Translations under genes and position numbers: made by a program | The notes under the pieces: model-generated | Database searches by the model: none | Seen by the model: only the letters and a program-made list of their open reading frames with translations | What the model was told of the DNA's origin: nothing | DNA from: Candidatus Deferrimicrobium sp. | Lineage (GTDB): Archaea; Asgardarchaeota; Lokiarchaeia; Helarchaeales; HEL-GB-A | Length of the DNA: 64,000 bases | Direction: 5' to 3' | Assembly (NCBI GenBank): GCA_035531115.1 | Contig: DATKTP010000172.1 | Location: 18,965-82,964 of the forward strand | Shown here: one piece after another, positions 52,644 through 63,200 of the stretch | How the letters are laid out: each line of letters starts with the position of its first letter | Numbering within the stretch: the stretch's first letter is position 1

Positions 52644-53396
52644 ATGATTGAGCAAAACATTGAATTAAAACGTAATAACATCACACTTTCTGGAGTATTA
52701 TTTATTCCTGAAGGGAAAAAGAAAAATCCCGCAGTTATTATTGCCCATGGCTTACCAAGCACGCCTGCCCCGGTTCAAGAGAAAGGGTATGATTCATTAG
52801 GTCGAAAAATTTGTGCCTTGGGGGCGGTCTCGTTAATTTTTAACTTTTCAGGTTGTAAGGGTTCCGGTGGCTTTTTTAGTTTGAAGAACTGGACGAAAGA
52901 TCTTGAATTGGTTTCAAATTATATCTGGAATTTAGAGTATATCGATCCATCTCGGGTTGCCTTCCTTGCTTTTAGTATGGGCACCATTCCGACCATATAT
53001 TATGTAGCTCACCAAAACAAAACTACATATCCTAGATTCTTAATTATTTGTGCGTGCCCTGCTGATTTGCATGATGCCAGATTAGGCGAACTGAGACTTG
53101 GGATCCAACTTACAAACCAAATTGAAGGCATCCGAATCGAAAAGGAATATGATTCACAAATGTTACTCGAATTCAAAGAATATATGCCGGTTAAATGGAT
53201 CGCCTCTATTCTTATGCCTAAATATATCCTCCACGGGCGGCGAGATGACTTAATCAATGTAAAAAATGCCCATAGCCTCTATGAAAAAGCAATGGAACCA
53301 AAAGAACTTATTATTTTAAAGAATGCGGGGCACAAATTACGCCAAGATGCGACTGCACTCAGCCAAATCCTTAATATTTTAAGGAATAATCTGTAA
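52644..53396 (+). CDS. alpha/beta-fold hydrolase
   Basis: HGLPS, nucleophile elbow AFSMGT, C-terminal GHKL. Confidence 0.6.
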   Translation: MIEQNIELKRNNITLSGVLFIPEGKKKNPAVIIAHGLPSTPAPVQEKGYDSLGRKICALGAVSLIFNFSGCKGSGGFFSLKNWTKDLELVSNYIWNLEYIDPSRVAFLAFSMGTIPTIYYVAHQNKTTYPRFLIICACPADLHDARLGELRLGIQLTNQIEGIRIEKEYDSQMLLEFKEYMPVKWIASILMPKYILHGRRDDLINVKNAHSLYEKAMEPKELIILKNAGHKLRQDATALSQILNILRNNL

Positions 53397-53427
53397 ATAA
53401 TTTGAGAGATTGATTCCACATTAGAAC

Positions 53428-53721
53428 CTAGTCTGGTATTTCTCCCTCATAGTAATTGTCATAATCTTTATCATAATAATTTTCATAATATTTTTCTTTA
53501 CTTTTATCATGTTTATCTATTATTTTTTTCTCTTGATCAAGCCAAGGTTCAGCATATTTTTTCTTTATTTCCTTTTTTGGCTTCTCGTATTCAGCTTCGA
53601 TTTCACTTGCCTTAAAAGGGCCATATTTACTTTTCTTTTTCTCTTTAGGATGCTCATCCATTTTATCTGCATCCAAAGGGTCATATCTACTTTTCTTTTT
53701 CTTTTTAGGCTGCTCATCCAT
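53428..53721 (-). CDS. low-complexity K/Y/D-rich small protein with internal duplication
   Basis: MDEQPKKKKKSRYDPLDADK / MDEHPKEKKKSKYGPFKASE; about 60-bp direct DNA repeat at 53581-53720. Confidence 0.35.
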   Translation of the reverse strand: MDEQPKKKKKSRYDPLDADKMDEHPKEKKKSKYGPFKASEIEAEYEKPKKEIKKKYAEPWLDQEKKIIDKHDKSKEKYYENYYDKDYDNYYEGEIPD

Positions 53722-53788
53722 AGGTATATAAATAAATTTGTAAGACTTAAATGTTTTGTGAGAAAATCAATTCGTTGATGGGCTGCTT

Positions 53789-55423
53789 TTATAAGAATTT
53801 GGAAACATAGGAACCATCTCGATGGTACCCCAATTTAAAGTAATATTCTCGCACCCCAATTCCGCTAGTAACCAATATTTTTTTACAATCGTAGTCTTCT
53901 TTTGCAATCCGTTCCGCAGTCTGCAGAAGTTGTAATCCATATCCCCGATGCTGCCATATATCTGGAGTTGGGGTTAATTTTTCGAAGGGGGCAACTTGTC
54001 CATAAACATGTAATTGCCTAACAATGGCGGAAGGTACTTGAGTGATTTCAAGTCGATGCGCTTGTTCAGATGGGATACGCAGCCTCACAAATCCAATTAG
54101 TATATCTTGGCTTAAATCATCATAGGAAATAAATAATTCCTCTCCACCTGAGGCCAAATATTTCTCAACAGAGAGATCTATCTTATTTGGATCAGGCTCT
54201 CTGTTAAATTTAAGTTTAACATGCCCCACTTCTCGGCAACGAATGCAATTACATTTCAAATTTTGCTTTTCTAATTCGGCATGAACCAATTCCCGTAAAT
54301 TACTCTTATTTGGACCCGCATCAATGAGCTGTACAGGAATATCCCGTTGCACCCGCTGGATCCGAATCCACTTTGGAAATTTTTTCCAAATTTCTACTAA
54401 AATCTGAACAATTTCTTCAGTTGTATATGCTTTATAATCTCCTTTTAGCCATAAATCATATAATTCAGTTCCTTTGATGACTAAAGTCGGATAAATTTTA
54501 AGTTCGTCTGGTTTAAAAGCGGGATTGGTAAATATTGTTTCAAAGGCATCTATATCCTTTTGCCGATCACTTCTTGGCATACCCGGCATCATGTGATATA
54601 CCACTTTTAAACCCGAATCTTTGAGGTACTGGGTCGCTGCAATTACATCTTTTACACAATGCCCTCTTTTAACAAACTCATAGATATCATCTCGCACATT
54701 TTGTACCCCTATCTCCACTCGGGTTACACCCCAATTGAGCATTCGATCAATATAGACTTGATTACAAAAATCTGGTCGCGTTTCAATGGTGACGCCTGTA
54801 TTTCGATGTTTCGATTGCTCACAAACTTGTTGCACTTCAGTTAAGGTATCTGATTCATTCTGACATACAGCTTCTAAACAACGTTTCACGAACCAATCTT
54901 GATATTCTTCGGGTATCGCTAAAAATGTGCCGCCCATGATGATGAGTTCCACTTTATCAATATTATGTCCGATTATTTCAAGTTGTTTGAGTCGATTAGT
55001 TACTTGTTGAAATGGATCAAACGCATTTTGAATTGCTCGGAGCGTAGCGGGTTCTCGTCCTGTATAACTTTGAGGCGCACCTACTTCTGGACCCCCAGGA
55101 CAATAAATACATCTTCCATGTGGACAAGGATACGGTTTTGCCATAACTGCAACTACCACAATCCCTGAAATAGTCCTTACACGTTTAGTTTTTAAAATTG
55201 GGAGAACTATCGCTCTTTCTTCCTCCGTTGCAATTTCTAAAATGTCCCCATTTCTCGGTAACTTTGAAACCTTATATTTCCGACAAACTTTCATTTTGAT
55301 TCGTGCAAGCTCCGCTCTATTTTTAACATGTCCCTCAAGTATTTCTTCTATTATGTCACGACAAACCTGCTGCATTTGCGTTTCGTCTACTTCAACCAAA
55401 AATTGACCCTCAAAATTTCTCAA
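53789..55423 (-). CDS. elp3: Elongator Elp3 homologue (radical-SAM + GNAT tRNA acetyltransferase)
   Basis: CPHGRCIYC radical-SAM cluster, C-terminal GNAT GYGLQLL. Confidence 0.9.
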   Translation of the reverse strand: MRNFEGQFLVEVDETQMQQVCRDIIEEILEGHVKNRAELARIKMKVCRKYKVSKLPRNGDILEIATEEERAIVLPILKTKRVRTISGIVVVAVMAKPYPCPHGRCIYCPGGPEVGAPQSYTGREPATLRAIQNAFDPFQQVTNRLKQLEIIGHNIDKVELIIMGGTFLAIPEEYQDWFVKRCLEAVCQNESDTLTEVQQVCEQSKHRNTGVTIETRPDFCNQVYIDRMLNWGVTRVEIGVQNVRDDIYEFVKRGHCVKDVIAATQYLKDSGLKVVYHMMPGMPRSDRQKDIDAFETIFTNPAFKPDELKIYPTLVIKGTELYDLWLKGDYKAYTTEEIVQILVEIWKKFPKWIRIQRVQRDIPVQLIDAGPNKSNLRELVHAELEKQNLKCNCIRCREVGHVKLKFNREPDPNKIDLSVEKYLASGGEELFISYDDLSQDILIGFVRLRIPSEQAHRLEITQVPSAIVRQLHVYGQVAPFEKLTPTPDIWQHRGYGLQLLQTAERIAKEDYDCKKILVTSGIGVREYYFKLGYHRDGSYVSKFL

Positions 55424-55668
55424 TTTCTAACTTAATAATGTCTAAATGCCATTAAAAATTATGGTATAAGAAAGAGTCAAGTCCCAAAGCTACTTTTAGC
55501 GAAAGAAATGCAGAAGGAACGAATTACATTGTATCTTTTTGTAACCACACAAAAAATTATCACAACTTAGATTGATGATCCATTTTTTAAAGGTATAATA
55601 CCCTTATTGATAAATAAGGATTAACAAAACAGTTTTTGCTACTTAAAAATAAATAGGTCGGAATAAAT

Positions 55669-56436
55669 ATGAAATTAAGAACTTCCTTAATCTTTGGTTC
55701 CTTAATCCTCCTTTTTACCCTCTCTCTGCTTACAATTCCACTATGCAAAGCTCCAAATTTTCCCAGCGATTCATTCTGTGTTGATGACGTTCGAGATACG
55801 GATTTTATATGGGAAGTCACTCTATTGGATGATCCCGCGTATTCTGAGCCTGAATCCTTTAACGATGTAGGGGACCAATTAAAATGGAAAATTGATCAAT
55901 TTTCAACAATAACCGTCGGTGAATTTATTAGAGACCAAATTTACGGAATAGTCTCCTATAAAGCTGTATTAGATGATTCCTGGATACCAATTTCTTCGGG
56001 TAGTATTCTTCTTGGTGAGTATGCACATAGCGGCGTTACGCCCTATACTTATCATGTCGATCACGGTCCTATGGTCGCTCCAAGCAATGCCACTGCAATT
56101 TTCATGGAAATAAATGAAATTTACGATTTTGAAAATAATAACATTACAAGCTGGACTCCTTCTGGTCTTCTTATTGTAATTGGTATCTTTAATGGAACCC
56201 CTTTCCTCGAGGACGAAGAATACCAAGAACTGGCATTTAATAAGGATGGAATATTAAAGTATTGGCTAAAAGCACTCGGGAATGGAACTGCTTGGGTGCC
56301 GGTATTTCGACTAGAATATCAAGAAGCACCGGGAATTCCTGGATTTCCCATTATATCAACAATTCTAGCATTAAATTTCCTTTTAATTATCTACATAGTA
56401 ATTCCGAAGAAACAGCAGATTTCAAATACCAATTAA
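55669..56436 (+). CDS. secreted protein with PGF-CTERM anchor
   Basis: Signal peptide; C-terminal GIPGFP + TM + KKQQ. Confidence 0.55.
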   Translation: MKLRTSLIFGSLILLFTLSLLTIPLCKAPNFPSDSFCVDDVRDTDFIWEVTLLDDPAYSEPESFNDVGDQLKWKIDQFSTITVGEFIRDQIYGIVSYKAVLDDSWIPISSGSILLGEYAHSGVTPYTYHVDHGPMVAPSNATAIFMEINEIYDFENNNITSWTPSGLLIVIGIFNGTPFLEDEEYQELAFNKDGILKYWLKALGNGTAWVPVFRLEYQEAPGIPGFPIISTILALNFLLIIYIVIPKKQQISNTN

Positions 56437-56542
56437 TTTCTTTTTTCTTTTTTTGGGAATTGGCAAATTTTACCTAATTTTTTAAAAATTTCGGATTATT
56501 ACTAAGTTATAGTTATATCGAACTAGTTAATTTAACTTTCAA

Positions 56543-56941
56543 GTGATTAAAAAGATGGAACCCGAATCCCAAATAATTATCTGTATAGAATTCATTTATT
56601 CAGAGGAATGCCCCTATTGTCCCCTCGTTAAAAATATGTTACTAGAATTATTAGATTCTAAAATTGTGGGTGATCATTTAATTATTGAAGAAATTGATAT
56701 TAATAGTTCTATAGGCAAAGAACGGGCTTTAAAATATAACTTAAAAGGCGTTCCAGCAATCGCATTAAATAGAAAACTGAAATTTCAAGGCGTCCCCTCT
56801 CCAACTTTACTATTTGGCGAGGTGAACAAATTAGTTTCAGGATCTAAAAGCCTAAAGCCTCCCGTTCAACAAAAATCTCACTGTCTAAATCCCCCTGATA
56901 TATCCAAAAAAAGTGATACCGATCTCTCATTCTATACCTAA
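56543..56941 (+). CDS. thioredoxin-fold protein (glutaredoxin-like, CPYC)
   Basis: EECPYCP active-site motif near the N-terminus. Confidence 0.5.
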   Translation: MIKKMEPESQIIICIEFIYSEECPYCPLVKNMLLELLDSKIVGDHLIIEEIDINSSIGKERALKYNLKGVPAIALNRKLKFQGVPSPTLLFGEVNKLVSGSKSLKPPVQQKSHCLNPPDISKKSDTDLSFYT

Positions 56942-56948
56942 ATTATCT

Positions 56949-57305
56949 TTAGAATTCATCGGGAAAATCGAGATACCCGTTTCGCTCAAGCCAAGCCGCT
57001 TGCGCCTTGGTATACCGGTAGACGATATCTCCCCGTTCATCTTGAAATGGCCAGGGCGATACTAATACAATGTCCTCTGTGCGTATCCAGAGCCGTTTAA
57101 CAATTTTCCCCCGAATACGGCAGAGTCGAACTTTCCCATCCATACATTGTACGCGTACACGTGAACCACCAAGCATTTGATTCGCAATGCCTAGAACCTC
57201 CCCTTCTACGGGTGTTCGTGCCCTATAAAACGTTGGTTGCTCAGTAGCACCTTTTTTACCTCTATCCTTCTTTTTCTTTTTCTTATTTGGGGGAGGCATG
57301 CTCAA
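56949..57305 (-). CDS. eif1a: translation initiation factor 1A (aIF-1A/eIF1A) with lysine-rich N-terminal extension
   Basis: S1-like OB fold VRVQCMDGKVRLCRIRGK...; N-term PPPNKKKKKKDRGKKG. Confidence 0.85.
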   Translation of the reverse strand: MSMPPPNKKKKKKDRGKKGATEQPTFYRARTPVEGEVLGIANQMLGGSRVRVQCMDGKVRLCRIRGKIVKRLWIRTEDIVLVSPWPFQDERGDIVYRYTKAQAAWLERNGYLDFPDEF

Positions 57306-57454
57306 AAACCTTTCAAATTACTTCCAGCTTTTTTCACAGGGTGAAATATGGTATTTTATAAAATATCCTTTCGTAAAAAAGGACGTTTTTTTAATAAAAA
57401 GCTTTTGTTAATATTTATGAGAACTATATAAGGGACTATTTATGAGGACTAAAT

Positions 57455-59056
57455 TTATTTGAGACTCCGTTTATAGGGCACATAATCTATGAGGCTAGGG
57501 ATCTCTTTGCTAATATTATAAATATTAGAGCCAATTTGTTGAAAAATATGAGGGATCACAGCATTTGGATCTAGCTTTGTGAAGATACGATATTTTTCCT
57601 CTTCCCGTTCTTCAATTAGAAATGTTATTCCCGGTAATTTTCCCAATGCTTCGACATGGTCTGGGTTAGGCGAATTCAATTGGACTACAATTACTTTTTC
57701 ATGTAAGGGAAGCTCCCCAATCAGTTGCGTAAGCGTTCCAAACCCTAATTGCTTCCCGTCTTCGCTCAATACAAGAATATTATGACATCGCCTCAATTCA
57801 TCAGATTTACTGTATACGAAAATAGTGCTTGATATAATATCATTGATCGCTGAAATTGCATCCCACATTCTCTTTTTTTCCGTTGTATTTAACCCATTTT
57901 CAGGTTCTACTAAAAGAATAATGCTGGGCTGCGTTATTGCAGAAAATGCAAAAATCAATCGTCTTTTTTCACCGTCAGAAAGATCTTCCATTTTAAGTTT
58001 TCGTCTATTTGAAAGTCCAATTATCGATAATAAACTATTAATACGCTCCTTCATATCCTTTTTTTGTAAATTAATTCCATATTTATATAAAATGTTCTCT
58101 AAAGTTTTATTTTTCAGATTGTCAATGGTTTTCGGCGGAAGGTCGAAATCTATCAGTTTAATTTTCTCTTGCACCTTGAGTATGTCTCTTTCCCCAAATA
58201 GATTAATTTCCCCCTCGATTTTCATTGCTTTTCCCAAGAATGCATTGAATATCGCTAAAGGAATTTCCTTATTTAAACAATATATTCCAATGATATCGCC
58301 TTTCATCGCAGAGAATGATACATTTTTCGTTACTATCTGATTCTTCTCATTAATGAGTGATAAATTCTTAATTACCAAGAGTTTCTCAATATCTTTTATC
58401 CCATGCTCTGAAGTAAAGCGCTCTTCGATTTCCTGAACAATCTGAACAATGTGTGGTGGATTATGAGTATTCCAATTTCTAAGAGTTTGTAAAGATTGGG
58501 GTGATCCAAGAATCTTTTCTAATTGTTGGTGATAAATTATCTCAGGTTTCTGAGGATAATTCTTGTAATTTATTTCAAATTCAAAATTTAATTGCGATTC
58601 TAATTGATAAAAGATTCGGATATGATATTTCTTTCCCTCTACTGTTTTTGCATTATAGATTGCCTTAACAAGATTGAATTCTTCATCTAATTCATCTAAC
58701 AGGCTTTCTTTCACTTTCAACGTAGATATTCGGGACATAATTGATTCCACGGCATGAACCGCCCGAATCTGCGGATCCACGGTTTTTTGAATGATTTGAG
58801 GAATAAATTCGTAGAGATTGGCTTGTTGCCTGATATCTCGCGGCAAATTCATAATAATAGGCCTATTAGGATAATCCTCGGGAAACAGAATTTCCATATA
58901 AAGTTTACGATTTGGTGTATGGACATAGCCTGCACAACCTTGTACCCCGTTTTTTGTAATCATCCACCATCCAAAGCGCGAAATCAACTCAAGAATTTCC
59001 TTCTGTATCGTACTATTCTTACTTGGTTGATCCATCTTATTTATCTCAATATTCAA
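57455..59056 (-). CDS. fusion of two RWD/UEV-like (UBC-fold) domains with a degenerate ABC-2-type ATPase domain
   Basis: Two units with ...LFPEDYPNRPII and ...INYKNYPQKPEII (FPxxYPxxP hallmark; no HPN/Cys); ABC part keeps LSDGEKRRL signature but Walker A is CLNKEIPLA and Walker B ILLVEPE (D->V). Confidence 0.5.
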   Translation of the reverse strand: MNIEINKMDQPSKNSTIQKEILELISRFGWWMITKNGVQGCAGYVHTPNRKLYMEILFPEDYPNRPIIMNLPRDIRQQANLYEFIPQIIQKTVDPQIRAVHAVESIMSRISTLKVKESLLDELDEEFNLVKAIYNAKTVEGKKYHIRIFYQLESQLNFEFEINYKNYPQKPEIIYHQQLEKILGSPQSLQTLRNWNTHNPPHIVQIVQEIEERFTSEHGIKDIEKLLVIKNLSLINEKNQIVTKNVSFSAMKGDIIGIYCLNKEIPLAIFNAFLGKAMKIEGEINLFGERDILKVQEKIKLIDFDLPPKTIDNLKNKTLENILYKYGINLQKKDMKERINSLLSIIGLSNRRKLKMEDLSDGEKRRLIFAFSAITQPSIILLVEPENGLNTTEKKRMWDAISAINDIISSTIFVYSKSDELRRCHNILVLSEDGKQLGFGTLTQLIGELPLHEKVIVVQLNSPNPDHVEALGKLPGITFLIEEREEEKYRIFTKLDPNAVIPHIFQQIGSNIYNISKEIPSLIDYVPYKRSLK

Positions 59057-59231
59057 TTTTTCAAATCAAAGATATAAAATCTTAAACCTGATTATATCTA
59101 TTTACCAATAAATTCATTTTTATTCATATTAAATAATAACTATCTTTAAGCATAAATTTTATTTAAATCAAAACCAAAATGGGTTATATTAACCATGATA
59201 TACATTTAATGAACGTGCATGGAGGTTTTCA

Positions 59232-60224
59232 TTGACGGCAGAGGAAAAAGTAATTGATGTCAATTCGTTGAATGTGTATTACGGTGAGAAACAAATCATC
59301 AAGAATGTCTCATTCCATTGTTATAAAGGTGAGATCATCGGGATGTTCGGGATTTCTGGTGCAGGAAAAACAACAATCATCCGCGTTCTAACCTGTCAAA
59401 TTCCAGATTATAAGGGGTTTGTGAAGTGTTTTGGATACGAACCTAAAAAAAACCCGAATAAAATTATTTCTCAAATTGGCTATGTGCCTCAATTAGAAAT
59501 GCTAAATCTGTATTATGAATTTACAGCTATGAAGAATGTAGAGATTTTTGCTTCTATGTACTTAATTCCAAAGCAGGAAGCAAATAAGAGAGTTCAACGT
59601 TACTTTGAAATGCTTGAACTTCCTAAGGATGTTTGGGATTCAAAAGCGAAATTCCTTTCAGGTGGTGAAAAAAAAAGAGTTTCTATTGCTATTGGATTAA
59701 TAAATCAACCCCACATCCTATTTCTAGATGAACCTACAACAGGGGTTGATGCATCCCGTCGATATGATATTCTTAATTACCTTAAAAAATTGAATATGGA
59801 AATGAAAACTACGATGGTTATCGTTACTCATGATTTGGAGACTGCAAATATTTGTGATCGCATCGTTTTGCTCCGAAATGGTCAGGTCGTAGATTTTGAT
59901 ACCCCTAAGAATTTGATCTCTAAATTACCATCCCAAGGAAAAATTGCTAGACTGCGAATTCCCGGGTTAACTACTGAAATCCTCGGGCGTATCGCTGAAA
60001 TAGGTGCGGTTATTTATATTCTGCGTGTCGGCAAGGACGAAATTGAATTATATATTGATAGGATTGAGGAGAATTTAGAGCATATTGTCAATAAATTATT
60101 TGAAATGGGCATTGCCATTTCATCCTTAACACGTGATACGGCAAGCTTTCGCAGATTCTTTCAAATTCGGATGCAAGATATCGCCTCAAAAGAGAAATAT
60201 AAAATTATTCAAGCGATGGATTAA
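59232..60224 (+). CDS. ABC transporter ATP-binding protein (ABC-2 type)
   Basis: GISGAGKTT, LSGGEKKRVSIA, LFLDEPTTGVD, VTHD; TTG start with GGAGG SD. Confidence 0.85.
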   Translation: MTAEEKVIDVNSLNVYYGEKQIIKNVSFHCYKGEIIGMFGISGAGKTTIIRVLTCQIPDYKGFVKCFGYEPKKNPNKIISQIGYVPQLEMLNLYYEFTAMKNVEIFASMYLIPKQEANKRVQRYFEMLELPKDVWDSKAKFLSGGEKKRVSIAIGLINQPHILFLDEPTTGVDASRRYDILNYLKKLNMEMKTTMVIVTHDLETANICDRIVLLRNGQVVDFDTPKNLISKLPSQGKIARLRIPGLTTEILGRIAEIGAVIYILRVGKDEIELYIDRIEENLEHIVNKLFEMGIAISSLTRDTASFRRFFQIRMQDIASKEKYKIIQAMD

Positions 60225-60226
60225 AG

Positions 60227-63200
60227 ATGAGTGAGAAAAAGAAGAATTATAAATTAATTATTGGGATATTAATAATTTTTATTCTTCCTTTTTCTCTTCT
60301 GGTTGGTTTAATCTTATATAAACCCCCTCACCATTTTCAAACGTCTTATATTAATTCTATTATAAGTGAAACTAATAATTATGCTCTAACTTTCCAAAAT
60401 CAAGATGGTCTGTTCGTAGAGCCGGCTATTGATGTGATATATAACACAGTAGCAACTTATTTCTATTTGAATGGCACAACCCCCTTTCTATTCTCAGACC
60501 TCAACCTTTCTTACATCTCGTATTTTGCTTTAACTCGCCAAAACCTAGATGGGAGCTTTTCTGATTTTGCAGGTTCTGGGGATATGGTTTCAACGTTCAA
60601 GGCACTTATGACCATTAATTGGACTATTCCTGAAGAATTAAGCACGAATCCTGTAAAAATGAATTTGACGTACACATTTTTAAATGAATCTCGCAATTCA
60701 GATGGAGGTTATAGCATTCGCCCTCCCTTTGAACAACCAGCTGAATTTAATTTTGATATTGGTTATGGAATTCCTCTGGAGAATTTTTCAAAGGAAATCT
60801 CTTATATGGAATATACTCATGAAGCAGTCAAAACTTTTTCTCTTCTGGGGATAACTCCTCCAAACGCTCAAACGACTACCTTTTTTATTAATACTACATG
60901 TCGGCGTATTTTCATTTTTGAGCCAAACTTTCCTGCAGGTTTTGCTGCAACAAAATATACCCTCTCCCCTGATCTTCATAGCACATATCATGGTGTCGCT
61001 GCCTTGAGCGATTTAGGGTATTCAAAGAGCGATATCGATCTTTTCGGCAACATCACTCGTTTCATTGAACTCTGCTGGAATTCCACGGATGGTGGTTTCT
61101 CGATGTATCCTGGCAATGTCTCAGATGTTACCTCCACCTATTACGGAGTCGTAGCACTCACGCTCTTGGATTATAATTTTTCAACTTCTCTTGTCATAAA
61201 CCGCACTAAAATCATTGAATTTGTTGAAAACTCCCAAAATTTAGATGGAGGTGTTGGCGCACGAAATGGTCTTCCCTCGAGTTTCCAAAGTGCGCACCAC
61301 GCTGCGGCCACTATAAAATTGTTGGAATATCTGCTCGTTCCAGCAGATGTTACACCTCTTTTTTATTGGTTAACTGATCATAAGGCGCAAAATGGCTTAT
61401 ATGGAGAAAAACTCGTTGAAGCTCAATACTGGGGAATTAGATCGGCTTTCCTTGCAAACAATGAAGGGTCTTTAAATAGAAGTTCGATTTCTGCTTTTCT
61501 AATAAATTGCCAGAATCCTAATGGAGGTTTCGGATCGGTTCCAAATTCGACTTCTACGGTTGTAGATACGTATACTGCCATAGAATCATTATATCTCCTT
61601 AATAATTTATCACATATAAATACTCTCGCTGCAACTCAGTGGTTACAGTCTTTACAGACTGAAGAAGGCGGCTTTGCTTCTATAATTGGATTGAATGCCT
61701 TCTTACAGTCCTATGCGCCGCTGTATGGTTTTATTGCTGATTTGTTATTAAATGATAGCCGTCCTTCCAGTGAGGCAACCTTTTTTGCACTTGCAGCTTT
61801 AAGTAGATTAGGTGCATCGCCATTAAATAGCACATCACTACGCTTCTGGCTTCTCTCTATTCAAAACGCAGATGGCGGATTCCCATTTGCCCTCGGTATC
61901 CGAAGCGATGCTGTTTCTTCTTTTTATGCAGTACAATCTTTAGCACTTATTCGAGACGAACCTTTTTCAACGCTCTCTTGCATTCAATTCTTGAAAGGGT
62001 GCCAAGTAAGCGATGGGGGATTTACTTTCTATCCGATGATCGGTGAATATCTTAATGTTAGCTACTTATTCATATCGTATGTGGCGGCCAGAGCGATCTA
62101 TTTGCTTGCTACCCAACCCGCCGATGTATTTGGCGCGATGGATTGGTTTTTAACCTGCAAGGATGATTACACCTCTGGTTATAGCGACACCCCCTATTTT
62201 GGATCAGACTTGCGTAACTCTCCTTATCTAATCGATATCGTTCGAGAATTGAATATTGATCAATCGTTCGATCCCACTTCTTGGATACAAACGATTCTCT
62301 GGCTCCTTATAATCGAACTTGCCGCCTTAAGTGCCTTTGGAGTGGTGAAACTCAGTCGAAAATACCGGAAAGATATTGTTGGAATGAAGCGTATACAACT
62401 GAATATTGAAGAGTATCCCGCCGTCCATGTGAAAGGACTTACCATTAAGGTAGGAAAGAAGGTCATTTTAGAAGATGTAAATATGACATTACAGCATGGT
62501 GAAGTCTTAGGAGTTGTTGGTGAAAGCGGTGCAGGAAAATCTACATTTGTCAAGAGTATTTTGGGCACAAAAGGTTCGAGTGGCGAAATATTCCTATATG
62601 GGTTTGATATCCGAAAAGAGAAAAAGCGATTAAAACCTATAATTGGTTATGTACCTCAAGATCTTAGTAAAATTTATGAAAATTTCACGGTCATGGAAAA
62701 CCTCCTGCATTTTGGCAAACAATACGGCTTGGAAGAAAAAGAAATTATTCAACGTGGTGGTAAAATACTCCAAGATCTAGGGATTTTTGATAAGCGTGAT
62801 AGTTTAGTTTCAGCGCTTTCAGGTGGACAACGACGAAGGGCGTCTATTGCAGTCGGTATGATACACCAACCAACCCTTTTTATCCTTGATGAGCCTACTT
62901 CAGGGCTGGATCCCATAATCCGCGAACAGTTATGGATTACATTGCTCAATCTTGCTGAAATCCATAATACCACTCTCATTGTGATCACCCATTATCCCGA
63001 AGAGAGTAAATTTTGTACCAAAGTAGCTATATTCGGACGTAAAAGAGGTCTTATCGATTTCGGCCCCCCTCTGGAATTAATAAACAATCTTCCCGGGTCC
63101 GGTCGCGCTCTCGATGTTAATCTAAAAGAATCTATTGCGCCAATTTCTGTTGACTTATTACCGATTCTTCAAAAAGTTCCACAAATTGAATTTTTTCTCG

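Noticed and set aside
53509-53778. 89-aa plus-strand ORF (MFIYYFFLLIKPRF...)
   Set aside because: It is an antisense reading of the K/Y-rich repeat gene, with a Phe/Leu-rich low-complexity artefact.
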